Of a stretch of 64,000 nucleotides of DNA, positions 1 through 11,082 are shown piece after piece. The notes under the pieces were generated by a model. That model was not told where the DNA came from. It was given only the letters and a program-made list of their open reading frames with translations, and made no database searches. The stretch comes from Acidobacteriota bacterium (GTDB lineage: Bacteria > Acidobacteriota > Vicinamibacteria > Vicinamibacterales > UBA2999). The number at the start of each line of letters is the position of its first letter. The stretch's first letter is position 1. The DNA is taken from contig JACQZV010000002.1 of NCBI GenBank assembly GCA_016213695.1, positions 770 through 64,769 of the forward strand. Direction: 5' to 3'. The translations under genes were made by a program, and so were the position numbers.

Positions 1-1
1 T

Positions 2-55
2 AGGATCGGACTCATGCGCGTCAGCTTCATTGTAGCGCCCGTGACCGGCCCGTGA
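2..55 (+). CDS. 3' end of an upstream gene running off the window (identity not determinable)
   Basis: The frame is open from the window edge and ends ...VAPVTGP* with TGA at 53-55. This overlaps the GTG start of the next gene (GTGA). Only about 17 codons are visible. Confidence 0.25.
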   Translation, partial: RIGLMRVSFIVAPVTGP

Positions 56-1698
56 CGTTTGCTCTGGACCCCGGACCTCTCGGTCCCGCGTTCGACCACG
101 CCTGCCGCCGCCTCGAACAGGCCCGATTCTGCGATGCGCTCTGGTCGCGCCGCGCCGACCTCTGGTCCTCGGACCGCGAGGTCCAGCGACGGATCGCACG
201 CCGCCTGGGATGGCTCGACGTCGTCGACGCCATGCGCGCGCACGTTCCACGACTGCGCGATCTCGGGCAGTCGGCCGCGCACGCGGGCTTCTCCGACGTC
301 GTGCTGATCGGCATGGGCGGATCGAGCCTCGCCGGTGATGTGCTGCGCGCCTCTGTCGGCGCCGCGCCGGGCTTTCCCAGGTTCCAGGTACTCGACTCGG
401 TGGACCCGGACGCGGTGCGGGCAGCCATGGCGCGCGCCGCGACGACGCTGTTCGTCCTGGCGAGCAAATCGGGATCGACCATCGAAGTGACCACGCTCGC
501 CGCCGAAGCCGAGCGCCGCCTCGAGGACGCCGGGATCGCGAATGCGGGATCGCACCTGCTGGCGATCACCGACGACAACACGGAGCTGCACCGGCGCGCG
601 ATCGCGCGGCGCTTCCGCGGCGTGTTCGTCAACCCGTCCGACATCGGCGGACGCTTCTCCGCGCTGTCACTGTTCGGCCTCGTCCCGGCGGCGCTCATGG
701 GCATCGACGTCGAGGCGCTCCTTGCCTCGGCGCAGGCGATGGCCGGCGAGTGCCGGGCAACCGATCCGCGACAGAATCCCGGGCTCGCCCTCGGCGCGGT
801 CATGGGAGCCGCCGCGGCGGCCGGGCGCGACAAGCTGACGCTGCTCATGCCCGAGTCGCTCGGCCGGTTCGGCCTCTGGGCGGAGCAGCTCGTCGCCGAG
901 AGCACCGGCAAGAACGGCACGGGCCTCGTCCCGATCGTCGGCGATCTGTCCGATGCCGGCCGTGCCGGCGACCGCGCGATTGCCGCCATCGTCATGGACG
1001 GGGGGGACGACCCTGCGCCCGCGGCGCGCGCGCGCGCGGCCGGCGTTCCCGTCGTCACGCTTTCCATGCCCGGCCCGCTGGCGCTTGGCGGCGAGTTCTT
1101 CCGCTGGGAAGTTGCCACCGCGGCCGCCGGGTGGCTGCTCGGCGTCAACCCGTTTGACGAGCCGAACGTGCAGCAGGCCAAGGACGCCACGCACGCGCTG
1201 CTCGACGTCTTCACGACCGGGGGTCGATGGCCGGTGGCCGAGCCGGACGCGTTGGTTGACGGCGCGCGCATCAGGCTGACGGCCGCCGCCAAGGACGGCA
1301 TTGGGCGGCTGCACCCGGGCGACTACTTCGGCCTGCTCGCGTATCTGCCCGAGGATCGGCGGTTCGGCCCGACGCTGGAGCGGATCCGGGCGGGCGTCGC
1401 CGACCGGACAGGCTGCGCCACGATGCTCGGCTACGGGCCGCGCTACCTGCATTCGACGGGGCAGCTTCACAAAGGCGGGCCCGATTCAGGGGTGTTCCTC
1501 ATCGTCACGGCCGAGCCCGACCCCGACCTGCCGATCCCTGGAGCCCCTTACTCGTTTGGCGTGCTGGAGATGGCACAGGCGCTCGGCGACTTCGAATCGC
1601 TCGACGGGGCCGGCCGGCGGGCCGCCCACGTCCACTTGCCCAGGCGCGATCCCGTGCTGCTGCAATGGGTTGCGGACAAGATGCTCAGCGTGGGCTGA
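52..1698 (+). CDS. pgi: glucose-6-phosphate isomerase (the type also found as the PGI half of transaldolase/PGI fusions)
   Basis: 548-aa ORF with SIS-type motifs VVLIGMGGSSLAG and FVLASKSGSTIE. The C-terminal segment MLGYGPRYLHSTGQLHKGGP is typical of this PGI class. Start codon is GTG. Confidence 0.8.
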   Translation: MTFALDPGPLGPAFDHACRRLEQARFCDALWSRRADLWSSDREVQRRIARRLGWLDVVDAMRAHVPRLRDLGQSAAHAGFSDVVLIGMGGSSLAGDVLRASVGAAPGFPRFQVLDSVDPDAVRAAMARAATTLFVLASKSGSTIEVTTLAAEAERRLEDAGIANAGSHLLAITDDNTELHRRAIARRFRGVFVNPSDIGGRFSALSLFGLVPAALMGIDVEALLASAQAMAGECRATDPRQNPGLALGAVMGAAAAAGRDKLTLLMPESLGRFGLWAEQLVAESTGKNGTGLVPIVGDLSDAGRAGDRAIAAIVMDGGDDPAPAARARAAGVPVVTLSMPGPLALGGEFFRWEVATAAAGWLLGVNPFDEPNVQQAKDATHALLDVFTTGGRWPVAEPDALVDGARIRLTAAAKDGIGRLHPGDYFGLLAYLPEDRRFGPTLERIRAGVADRTGCATMLGYGPRYLHSTGQLHKGGPDSGVFLIVTAEPDPDLPIPGAPYSFGVLEMAQALGDFESLDGAGRRAAHVHLPRRDPVLLQWVADKMLSVG

Positions 1699-1724
1699 CC
1701 CTGCCCCTGTATACCTTGTATACT
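1695..1724 (+). promoter_or_regulatory. candidate sigma-70-type promoter (CTGACC-N18-TATACT) upstream of the 1744 regulator gene
   Basis: TATACT lies at 1719-1724, 19 nt before the GTG start. It sits within a direct repeat TGTATAC..TGTATAC, an AT-rich motif in a GC-rich background. Confidence 0.3.
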
Positions 1725-1743
1725 CCCACCGACAATCAGCACG

Positions 1744-4692
1744 GTGGCGACCCTCCCCATCCCGTCGACGCTGTCGCAGGCCAATTCGGCGCTTGAACGC
1801 GGGCGCGGCCTCGAAGCCGCGCAGCTGCTGGCGCCGCTGCTGCGGCCGGGCACGCTCAGCCGCGACGACGAGATCGGCGTCCGAACCGCGCTCGCCGAAG
1901 CGTGGCTGCTGCAGGACGATCTGACGCAGGCGTCGGCCGCGCTCGGGCGGCCGCCGGCCACCATCCGCGAGCCGACGAGCGACGCCCGGCTGTCCACGCT
2001 CTGGCGGCTCCACGGGCGTCTGACCTTCGCGCGCGGCGAGCAGTCGCGCGCCATCGCGCTGCACACACGCGCCCTCAAACACGCCGAGCTCGCCCACGAC
2101 TCGCGGGCCATCGGCCTGGCCCACTACGAGCTGGCGCTCTGCTACAAGCAGGTCGGCGACTCGGGCATCGTGCGCGATCACCTGACCGAGGCGGCGTCGG
2201 CGCTGCACGCCGCGGGTGACCGCCGTCATCTGTCGCTGGTCCATTCGCTCTCGGGGGTCCTGCTCGCGCAGTCCGGGCGGTACGAAGAGGCCACGACCGC
2301 GCTGCGCCAGGGCGAGCGGCTGGCGCTGGCCATCCAGGCCAACGACGTGCTCGCCGGGATCGTCCACAACCAGGCGAACGTCGCGCTGATGCGGCACCGC
2401 TACGATCAGGCGCTCGTGCTGGCCGAGCGCAGCGTGAACCTGCACGAATCGCTCGCCTCGGGGCACGGCCTGGCGGTGGCGCTCGCGACGCTCGGACAAA
2501 TCTTCGTCCAGCTGGGCGATCTCGAACGCGCGGAACAGATTCTGACGCGGACGCTCGAGGTCCGGAGCCCCGTGCAGTTCCACGAGACGACCGGCGCCGT
2601 CTTCGACACGCTCGCGCAGATTCATCTGATGCGCGGCTCCTACGAGCGGGCCGGCGAGTATCTGCGCCAGGCGAGCGAGGCGTACGGCGCCTACGGCAGC
2701 CAGACGCCGCGCTGGTACGAGTGGTCCCTGCGGGTCCTCGGGGTCAAGCTCGCGATCCGGCGCGCCGCCTACGGCGAAGCCATCGCCATGGCGGAGGAAC
2801 TCGTGCGCACGCCGGGCGTCCCGCCCGCCGACGCCATCCAGGCCGAGCTGGCCGCGTGCGAAGCGCTCGTCGCGGGCGACCGGATTCGCGACGCGGAAGA
2901 CCGGCTCGACGCCTGCGAGTCCCGGCTCGATCCGCGCGCGGCGCCGGCATCGTGGGGCGAGTTCCTGCGCATTCGCGGCGCCGTGCACGAGCGATCGAAC
3001 CGGCCGGCCGCCGCGCACCATGACTTCGCCCAGAGCGCCAGCGTGTTCGATCTGCTCGGTGAGCGGTATCACGCGGCGCTCAGTCATCTCGCCCTCGGCC
3101 GCCTGGCGGCCGCCGCCGGGCACCGCGCGGCCGCCGAGCGCTACCTGGCTCAGGCCTCCGCGACGTTCACGCTGCTTGGCGCCGAGCGCGACCTCGGCGA
3201 AGTGCGGGCCCTGGAGGCCACGCTCACCAGCACGCCGCGTGCCCAGACCGCCGCCTCACCGGACCAGGACGACGCCGTCGTGCGGCGGCTGGTTGACGCC
3301 GCGATCCTGCCGGAACTGCTCGCGCGCGAAACCGCGACCGCGCTGGTCGAGGCGATCGAAGCCGACGCCGCCGTCGTCTTCACGGCCGCCCGCGGCGGCG
3401 AGGCGCGCGTCCTCGCTGCCGCGGGCTGCGACAACGACGTGGCGGCCGCGCTGGCGCGCGCCGCCTCGCACGGCAGCCGCGAATACGGCGAAGGCATGCT
3501 GATGACCGAGCCGCTCGGCCGCGATTACGACGGCCCGCGCATGTGCACCATCGTCGCGGCCGGACGCCTCACCGAGAACGCCGGGCGGCGGCTCCGGATG
3601 TTCGCCGCGGTCGCGCGGCAGGGCTTCGAGCTGTGCGGCGCGCGCGAGCGGCCGTCGCGGGCCGTCGAGCAGATCAACGAGCGCCCGCTCGAGCCGCTCC
3701 TTCCCGGCTTCGTCTGCGCCAGCGCGGCCATGGCGCGGGTGGTCGAGCAGATCCAGCGGCTGCAGGGGCACGACCTGACGGTGCTCATCACCGGTGAGAG
3801 CGGCACGGGCAAGGACCTGGTCGCCCGCGCCATCCACGTCGGCTCGCCGCGGCGCGCCGCGATGTACCTCCCCTACAACTGCACGACCACGACCAGAGAG
3901 CTCGCCGACAGCCAGCTATTCGGCCACCGGCGCGGAAGCTTCACCGGCGCGATCACCGACCAGCCGGGCCTCATCCGATCCGCCGTCGGCGGCACGCTCT
4001 TCCTCGACGAGATCGGGGACGTGCCGCTCGACGTGCAGCCCAAGCTGCTCCGCTTCCTCGAACAGGGCGAAGTCATGCCGGTCGGCGACACGCGCCCCCA
4101 GGCGGTGGACGTCCGCATCCTCGCCGCCACCAACGCCGACCTCGAGCAGCGCGTAGCCGAGGGGAAATTCCGCGAAGACCTCTACTACCGCCTGAGCGTG
4201 ATCCGCATCCAGGTGCCGCCGCTGCGCGAGCGGCGCGACGAAATCCCGCACCTGAGCACCTTCTTCCTGCGGGAAGCCTGCGACCGACTCGGCAAGCCCG
4301 ACGTGCAGCTGGCGCCCGCAACCCTCGACCTGTTCGCGCGCTACTGGTGGCCCGGCAACGTCCGCCAGCTGCGGAATGAGATCCAGCACGCCGTCGCCAT
4401 GAGCGCGCCGGGCGGGTCGGTCCAGCCCGAGCACCTCTCCCCCGACCTGGCCGCGCCGGCCGTTCAGCCAGCCGACAGCGGCCCGGGGCTCTCCCCGCTG
4501 GCCGCGATCCGCCGGCCGCGCAACCTTACGGCGGCCGTCGAGCAGCTGGAAAAGGATCTGATCGTCACGACGCTCGGCCGGGCCAGGGGCAACATCTCGG
4601 AAACCGCGAGGCTGCTCGGCCTGACCCGCCGTGGGTTGTATCTGAAAATGCGCCGGTTACGACTCGACGGCGAGACTGCGGATACAAAGTAG
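1744..4692 (+). CDS. sigma-54-dependent transcriptional activator with a long TPR-like N-terminal region
   Basis: 982 aa. The AAA+ core has GESGTGKDLVARAIH, the GAFTGA-variant GSFTGA and the ELFGHRRG context. The C-terminus has a Fis-type HTH (NISETARLLGLTRRGLYLKM). The N-terminal ~480 aa are helical, repeat-rich and TPR-like. Confidence 0.85.
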   Translation: MATLPIPSTLSQANSALERGRGLEAAQLLAPLLRPGTLSRDDEIGVRTALAEAWLLQDDLTQASAALGRPPATIREPTSDARLSTLWRLHGRLTFARGEQSRAIALHTRALKHAELAHDSRAIGLAHYELALCYKQVGDSGIVRDHLTEAASALHAAGDRRHLSLVHSLSGVLLAQSGRYEEATTALRQGERLALAIQANDVLAGIVHNQANVALMRHRYDQALVLAERSVNLHESLASGHGLAVALATLGQIFVQLGDLERAEQILTRTLEVRSPVQFHETTGAVFDTLAQIHLMRGSYERAGEYLRQASEAYGAYGSQTPRWYEWSLRVLGVKLAIRRAAYGEAIAMAEELVRTPGVPPADAIQAELAACEALVAGDRIRDAEDRLDACESRLDPRAAPASWGEFLRIRGAVHERSNRPAAAHHDFAQSASVFDLLGERYHAALSHLALGRLAAAAGHRAAAERYLAQASATFTLLGAERDLGEVRALEATLTSTPRAQTAASPDQDDAVVRRLVDAAILPELLARETATALVEAIEADAAVVFTAARGGEARVLAAAGCDNDVAAALARAASHGSREYGEGMLMTEPLGRDYDGPRMCTIVAAGRLTENAGRRLRMFAAVARQGFELCGARERPSRAVEQINERPLEPLLPGFVCASAAMARVVEQIQRLQGHDLTVLITGESGTGKDLVARAIHVGSPRRAAMYLPYNCTTTTRELADSQLFGHRRGSFTGAITDQPGLIRSAVGGTLFLDEIGDVPLDVQPKLLRFLEQGEVMPVGDTRPQAVDVRILAATNADLEQRVAEGKFREDLYYRLSVIRIQVPPLRERRDEIPHLSTFFLREACDRLGKPDVQLAPATLDLFARYWWPGNVRQLRNEIQHAVAMSAPGGSVQPEHLSPDLAAPAVQPADSGPGLSPLAAIRRPRNLTAAVEQLEKDLIVTTLGRARGNISETARLLGLTRRGLYLKMRRLRLDGETADTK

Positions 4693-4767
4693 TCAGGTAT
4701 ACAGGGTAGTGGATACTATGTATTCATGTGCCTGAACCGCCCACCATAGGTCGAATCAGATTATTCC

Positions 4768-4779
4768 ATTGATATCAAT
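4768..4779. promoter_or_regulatory. perfect 12-bp AT-rich palindrome ATTGATATCAAT in an AT-rich intergenic region (candidate operator)
   Basis: Read directly from the sequence. It lies in the 184-nt low-GC gap between the regulator at 1744-4692 and the PilZ-like gene. Confidence 0.3.
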
Positions 4780-4876
4780 AGTTTAGTGCGTGCGCAATTT
4801 TGCCACGTGACAGCAGCGACATGGGCCCTCGGATTGATAGTGCTGTCGGCGCAACCGTCTTCCAAGGGGGCTCAGG

Positions 4877-5260
4877 GTGATTCAAACCGCCGAGAAGGTA
4901 CAAGAGCAGCGCGAGTCCAGCCACAGCCGCATCGGCAACCGCCGCAAGCTTCGTCTTCCGGGACGCCTCACGTGGCGCGACTCGAGCGGTGCGCTCCGGT
5001 TTGTCTCGGTCGTGACCCGCGACGTCAGCGAAGTCGATGCGTTCGTCGAATGCCAGCTCCCCGCGTCCATCCCGCTTTACCGGCTGGTGCACTTCCAGAT
5101 CGAGCGGACCGGGCGTGAGTGCGCCGATCTCCCGCCGGTCCTGCAGCAGGGCAAGGTGCTGTCGGCGGTCTATCGGGTCGGCCCGTATCGCACCTCGACC
5201 GGGACGCCGCAGGGCTACGCGCTCCGCCTGCTCATCGACCCGACGCGCGCGATGAACTGA
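4877..5260 (+). CDS. PilZ domain-like protein (possible c-di-GMP receptor)
   Basis: 127 aa with RRKLR (RxxxR) followed by DSSG / DVSEVD (DxSxxG-like). GTG start is preceded by AAGGGGG. Confidence 0.55.
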   Translation: MIQTAEKVQEQRESSHSRIGNRRKLRLPGRLTWRDSSGALRFVSVVTRDVSEVDAFVECQLPASIPLYRLVHFQIERTGRECADLPPVLQQGKVLSAVYRVGPYRTSTGTPQGYALRLLIDPTRAMN

Positions 5261-5383
5261 TTCAGGGTTCAGGCTTCAGGCCTCAGGCCTCAGGCCTCAG
5301 GCCTCAGGCTTCAGGCTGCGGGCTTTTGGCTGTAGGCTATGGGCGTTTGAGGCCCACAGCCTGAAGCCCGAAGTCCGGAGCCC
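5261..5383 (+). repeat. tandem heptamer array (TCAGGCY x ~8) folding into an imperfect ~27-bp hairpin
   Basis: The array reads ttcaggg ttcaggc ttcaggc ctcaggc x4 ttcaggc. GGCTTCAGGCTG (5307-5318) is exactly complementary to CAGCCTGAAGCC (5357-5368). The element lies between the stop at 5260 and the start at 5387. Confidence 0.6.
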
Positions 5384-5386
5384 AGC

Positions 5387-6469
5387 ATGAAACCACGTCA
5401 TCCGGCTCTTGTCCTCCCGTTCGTCCTCGCCGCTTCCTTCGCGCTCGCACAGACTCCCAAGGACGCCCTGCCCCGCGATGTCCATCCCGACTCGCGCAAC
5501 CGCCTTGCGCCGGCAAAGCCCGGAGTGGAAGGGGTGGACGCCATCCGCCTGCACGCGTCGGGCGTCGATGTGCGATGGCAATCGCCGCTCGGCCGGTCGC
5601 TGACCGAGCTCGCGATTCTGACCTCGGCGCGCGAGCACGACCAGCCGTACGAGTGGTCGCTGCACGAGATGGAGGCGCTCGCCGTGCAGCTCGACCCCGC
5701 GATCATCGATGTTGTCCGGTATCGGCGTCCGGTGAAGGGATTGCCCGACAGGCACGCCGTCATCATCGAAATCGGGCGTGAGATCTTCGGCACGCACACC
5801 CTCGGTCCGGCGACCTACGCGCGCGCGCTCAAGGCGCTCGGCGAGGCCGGCCTGGTCGACATCGTGAGCCTGATGGGCAACTACGCGGCGACCGCGACGC
5901 GTCTGACGGCGGTGAACCAGCAGATGCCGCCCGGGTGGAAGCAGTCGCTGCCGCTGCCGTTCACACCGCCCGACGACATTCACCCCGATTCGAAAAGCCG
6001 TCTCGCGTATGTAAAGGCCCCGGCGGGCGCATCGCCCGGACCGCTCTACAGCCGCGGCCTGGCGCCGGAGGGGACCGGCCCTGGGCAGATTACCCGTCAC
6101 GGCTCTGGCCTGAAGCTGCTCGAAGCGGGTGTCGGCAGGCGGACGATGGCGCTGGCGGCGCTGGTCACGGCGCAGGCGCATCATCAGCCCTACGAATGGG
6201 CGCGGCGGGAGGCGGCGGCGCGAGCAGCCGGCGTGGAGCCGGCGCTCATCGACATCGTGCAGCGCGGCGGGCCGCCGAGCGGCCTGGACGAGAAGGATGC
6301 GGCGCTCCTGCAGTTCAGCCGCGAGTTGTTCGGCAACCACACGGTCACCCCCGCCACCTACGCGCGGGCGCTCAAGACGTTCGGCGAGCGCGACCTGATC
6401 GATCTCGTGGACCTGATGGCGCGGGAAGTGAGCGACATCACGCTGCTCATCGCCTTCGATCAGCGGTGA
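5387..6469 (+). CDS. secreted carboxymuconolactone decarboxylase (AhpD-like) family protein, internally duplicated
   Basis: 360 aa with a signal peptide (LVLPFVLAASFALAQ). Two homologous halves both contain (H/D)QPYEW and TPATYARALK. Confidence 0.7.
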   Translation: MKPRHPALVLPFVLAASFALAQTPKDALPRDVHPDSRNRLAPAKPGVEGVDAIRLHASGVDVRWQSPLGRSLTELAILTSAREHDQPYEWSLHEMEALAVQLDPAIIDVVRYRRPVKGLPDRHAVIIEIGREIFGTHTLGPATYARALKALGEAGLVDIVSLMGNYAATATRLTAVNQQMPPGWKQSLPLPFTPPDDIHPDSKSRLAYVKAPAGASPGPLYSRGLAPEGTGPGQITRHGSGLKLLEAGVGRRTMALAALVTAQAHHQPYEWARREAAARAAGVEPALIDIVQRGGPPSGLDEKDAALLQFSRELFGNHTVTPATYARALKTFGERDLIDLVDLMAREVSDITLLIAFDQR

Positions 6470-7377
6470 TCTGATTTCTTCTTCCAGTACCTCGCCAGTC
6501 CGAGCCAGAGCAGGTCGGGTGGCGCGGCGGCCAGGTAGGCGCTCACCTGCGTCTCGGTCATCGTGCGCCGCATCTGGCGGGTCATGTCCTCGGCGAAGCG
6601 CTGCTGCTGCTCCGCGTCCGAACCGCCCTCGCCCATCCGCGCGCGCACGCTCTCGGCGGTGGCGTGGAGGTTGTCCATCAATGTCGTCAGATGCGGCACG
6701 GGATGATCCACCGGACCGAAATGGGTCATGAAGAGCGTCCGGGGCGCCCAGGCCTCGATGCGCGCCACGCTCTCGTGCCAGGCCTCGATGTCGATATCGG
6801 GTGGCGGGGTCGGCGGCAGGACGTAGCCGCCGTCCACGCAGACGCCGGCCGTGTCGCCGACGAAGGCGACGCCGCTGGCCCGGTCGAAGTACGACACGTG
6901 GTGCGACGCGTGCCCCGGTGTATAGGCCACGTCGAACGTGCGGCCGCCCGCCTCTACCCGCTCGCCGCCGGCGAGCAGGACGAGGTGGCGGTCGGGCACC
7001 GGCAGGACCTCACCCCACAGCCTGTCCATCTGATCGCCGTAGAGCCGCGACGCGCTCGCCAGGAGCTTGGCCGGATCGACCATGTGGGGCGCGCCCCGCT
7101 CGTGGACCCACACCGTGATATGCGGATGCCGGCGCAGGATCGTGCCGGTGGCTCCCGCGTGGTCCAGGTGGATGTGCGTCAGCAGCAGGTGCGTCACATC
7201 CTGTAATCTGGCGCCGACCGCCTGCAGTCCGAGCTCCAGCGATTCGAGGCAGCTGCTCGGGCCGGGGTCGACGAGCGCGAGCGACCCGGCGCCCTGCACG
7301 ACGCCGGTGGCGATCGCGTGCGGGCGGCCGAGAAACTGCAAATCGATCCACGTGAGACCGGGCGCGAGCGTGTGCAA
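6460..7377 (-). CDS. MBL-fold metallo-hydrolase
   Basis: 305 aa with the [12 protein letters not shown] (HxHxDH) motif. TTG start. The 3' end overlaps the convergent gene by 10 nt. Confidence 0.8.
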   Translation of the reverse strand: MHTLAPGLTWIDLQFLGRPHAIATGVVQGAGSLALVDPGPSSCLESLELGLQAVGARLQDVTHLLLTHIHLDHAGATGTILRRHPHITVWVHERGAPHMVDPAKLLASASRLYGDQMDRLWGEVLPVPDRHLVLLAGGERVEAGGRTFDVAYTPGHASHHVSYFDRASGVAFVGDTAGVCVDGGYVLPPTPPPDIDIEAWHESVARIEAWAPRTLFMTHFGPVDHPVPHLTTLMDNLHATAESVRARMGEGGSDAEQQQRFAEDMTRQMRRTMTETQVSAYLAAAPPDLLWLGLARYWKKKSDHR

Positions 7378-7385
7378 ACCCCCGG

Positions 7386-7393
7386 ATTATACT
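7386..7393. promoter_or_regulatory. overlapping divergent -10 boxes (TATAAT on minus, TATACT on plus)
   Basis: Plus-strand ATTATACT gives TATACT (7388-7393) 23 nt before ATG 7417. It also gives minus-strand TATAAT (7391-7386) 8 nt before the TTG start at 7377. The whole intergenic gap is only 39 nt. Confidence 0.3.
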
Positions 7394-7416
7394 GGGTCAT
7401 CGATCAGGTGCTTTCG

Positions 7417-9410
<1,994 letters not shown>

Positions 9411-9411
<1 letters not shown>

Positions 9412-10271
9412 TGGCGCCACGCATCGGCCTCGCGGTGCTCAGAACGAGTGCCATCTTCGTGTTTCTCGCGCTGGCGGGCGCGACCTATCAGGGCACCGCC
9501 ACCGCGCTCGAGCGGCGCCGGTTTCCGCATCCGGGACGCCTCATCACCGTCGGCGACCGGCAGCTCCACATCTACTGCCTCGGCGAGGGCACACCGACCG
9601 TGGTGCTGGAAGCGCCGGCCGCCGGCATGTCCGCGGTGTGGGGGTGGGTGCAGCCGGCGGTTGCCGCGACCACGCGCGTCTGCAGCTACGACCGCCCGGG
9701 ACTCGGCTGGAGCGAGGCGGGCACCGCGCCGTACGACCCCTCGGTCGTCCCCGATGAGCTCCACGAACTCCTCGCGCGCTCGGGCGAACCCGCGCCGTAC
9801 GTCCTGGCAGGCCAGGGGCTCGGCGCGGCATTTGTCACTCTGTTCGCGGCCCGATTCGCCGGCGAGACGGGCGGGCTGGTACTCCTCGATCCAGCCGACC
9901 CGGGGCGGCCAGCCGCGCCGGACGCCACCGTACGGATCGTGCGCGCGTCGCCCTGGCTGGCGCGGGCCGGCCTCCTCCGCATGACCCGCGCCCTGTCCGG
10001 CACCACCGAGGGCCTGCCGGACGCCTCGGCAGGACCGGTGCGGTCGTTCCTGAACCGGCCGGATCACCTCACGCGCGCGGCACGCGAGCTCGCGCGATGG
10101 GACGACACGGTCCGGCTGGCGGCCGCGGCAGCGCTCGCGCCGGACCTGCCGGTCGTCCGCATCGACGTCAGCGGGCGCGAACCCGTGGCATTTCTCACCG
10201 ACCCGTCACGGGCCGCCGATGTCACGGCACGGCTGACGGCCCTTGCCCGGCAGATCCGCGACAACCGTTAA
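9411..10271 (+). CDS. alpha/beta hydrolase with an N-terminal membrane/signal segment
   Basis: The pattern HIYCLGEGTPTVVLEAPAAGMS...YDRPGLGWSE is typical of the alpha/beta-hydrolase fold. The start overlaps the upstream stop (TGATG). Confidence 0.75.
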
Positions 10272-10924
10272 CGTCCGACGCGAATGGTCGCCGGCGCGCT
10301 CAGGCGCGTGTTCACGCTCGCGCCCGGCCCGACCCGGACATCCTTTCCGCGCGTCGCCAGCACAGCGCCCGTCCCGGCGGCACCGCCAATCGCGGCCCCC
10401 TTGGCCGCGCCGCCACCGCCCCCGAGGAGCGCGCCGATCGCGGCGCCCGCGCCAGCGCCGACGGCAATCTTGGTCGCGTCCTCGCCCTTGGTCGCCTCGG
10501 CCTCATGCGACAGCTGCGCCGTGGCCACGTCGTAGCGATCGCCCGCGAAGGTCAGCGTGTTGAACCGGTAGGCGACACGCGCACGGCCCTTGACCCGTCC
10601 GGGGCGCTCGACCGAAGTGACGACGCCGGAGAGCTCGGTCCCCGCCGGCAATACGGTGGCGCCGTCGATGACGACCGCCTCGCGCAGTTCGGCCCGCACC
10701 GGATCTTAGACACGGCTCGTGTCGGATGCGACGGCCGACCGGAGCCGCAGCCGAAGCGCCGTGCCCTGCGGCAGTGTGACCTCCCGGTAAGCGGGGGCGG
10801 CCGGAGCGGGCGCCGTCTCGCGCGCGCCCTTCTCGGCGGCTGCGGTTCCGAGCGTGCCCGCCTGGCCCCCCCCACACCCGACGCAGATACCGGCTGCGGC
10901 CATCGCGCTCATCCATCTCCTCAT
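10268..10924 (-). pseudogene. glycine-zipper lipoprotein gene interrupted by one in-frame TAA
   Basis: ATG at 10924 follows AAGGAGG. The product starts with a lipoprotein-like signal (MRRWMSAMAAAGICVGCGGG). TAA at 10708-10706 lies in the same frame as the downstream 143-aa ORF, reading ...SDTSRV*DPVRAELREAVVIDG... The C-terminus is Gly-rich (GAGAGAAIGALLGGGGGAAKGAAIGGAAG). Confidence 0.6.
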
Positions 10925-11082
10925 GTCGCCTCCTTCGATCCGGCCGGGCCGGATCTCGTGCGTGTCGCAAGCAGTCACAAAATCGTGATCCGCGAACACG
11001 TTTCGTGCGGGCCCCCAGCCTTCTGACCCGTGACGCGGGGACCTCTGCGAAAATCCTGCCCACGGTGCTACCGTTGAGGCCG

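Noticed and set aside
4788-4803. Minus-strand TGGCAAAATTGCG as a possible -24/-12 promoter
   Set aside because: The GG-to-GC spacing is 3 nt too short for sigma-54 recognition, and no gene lies in the right direction.
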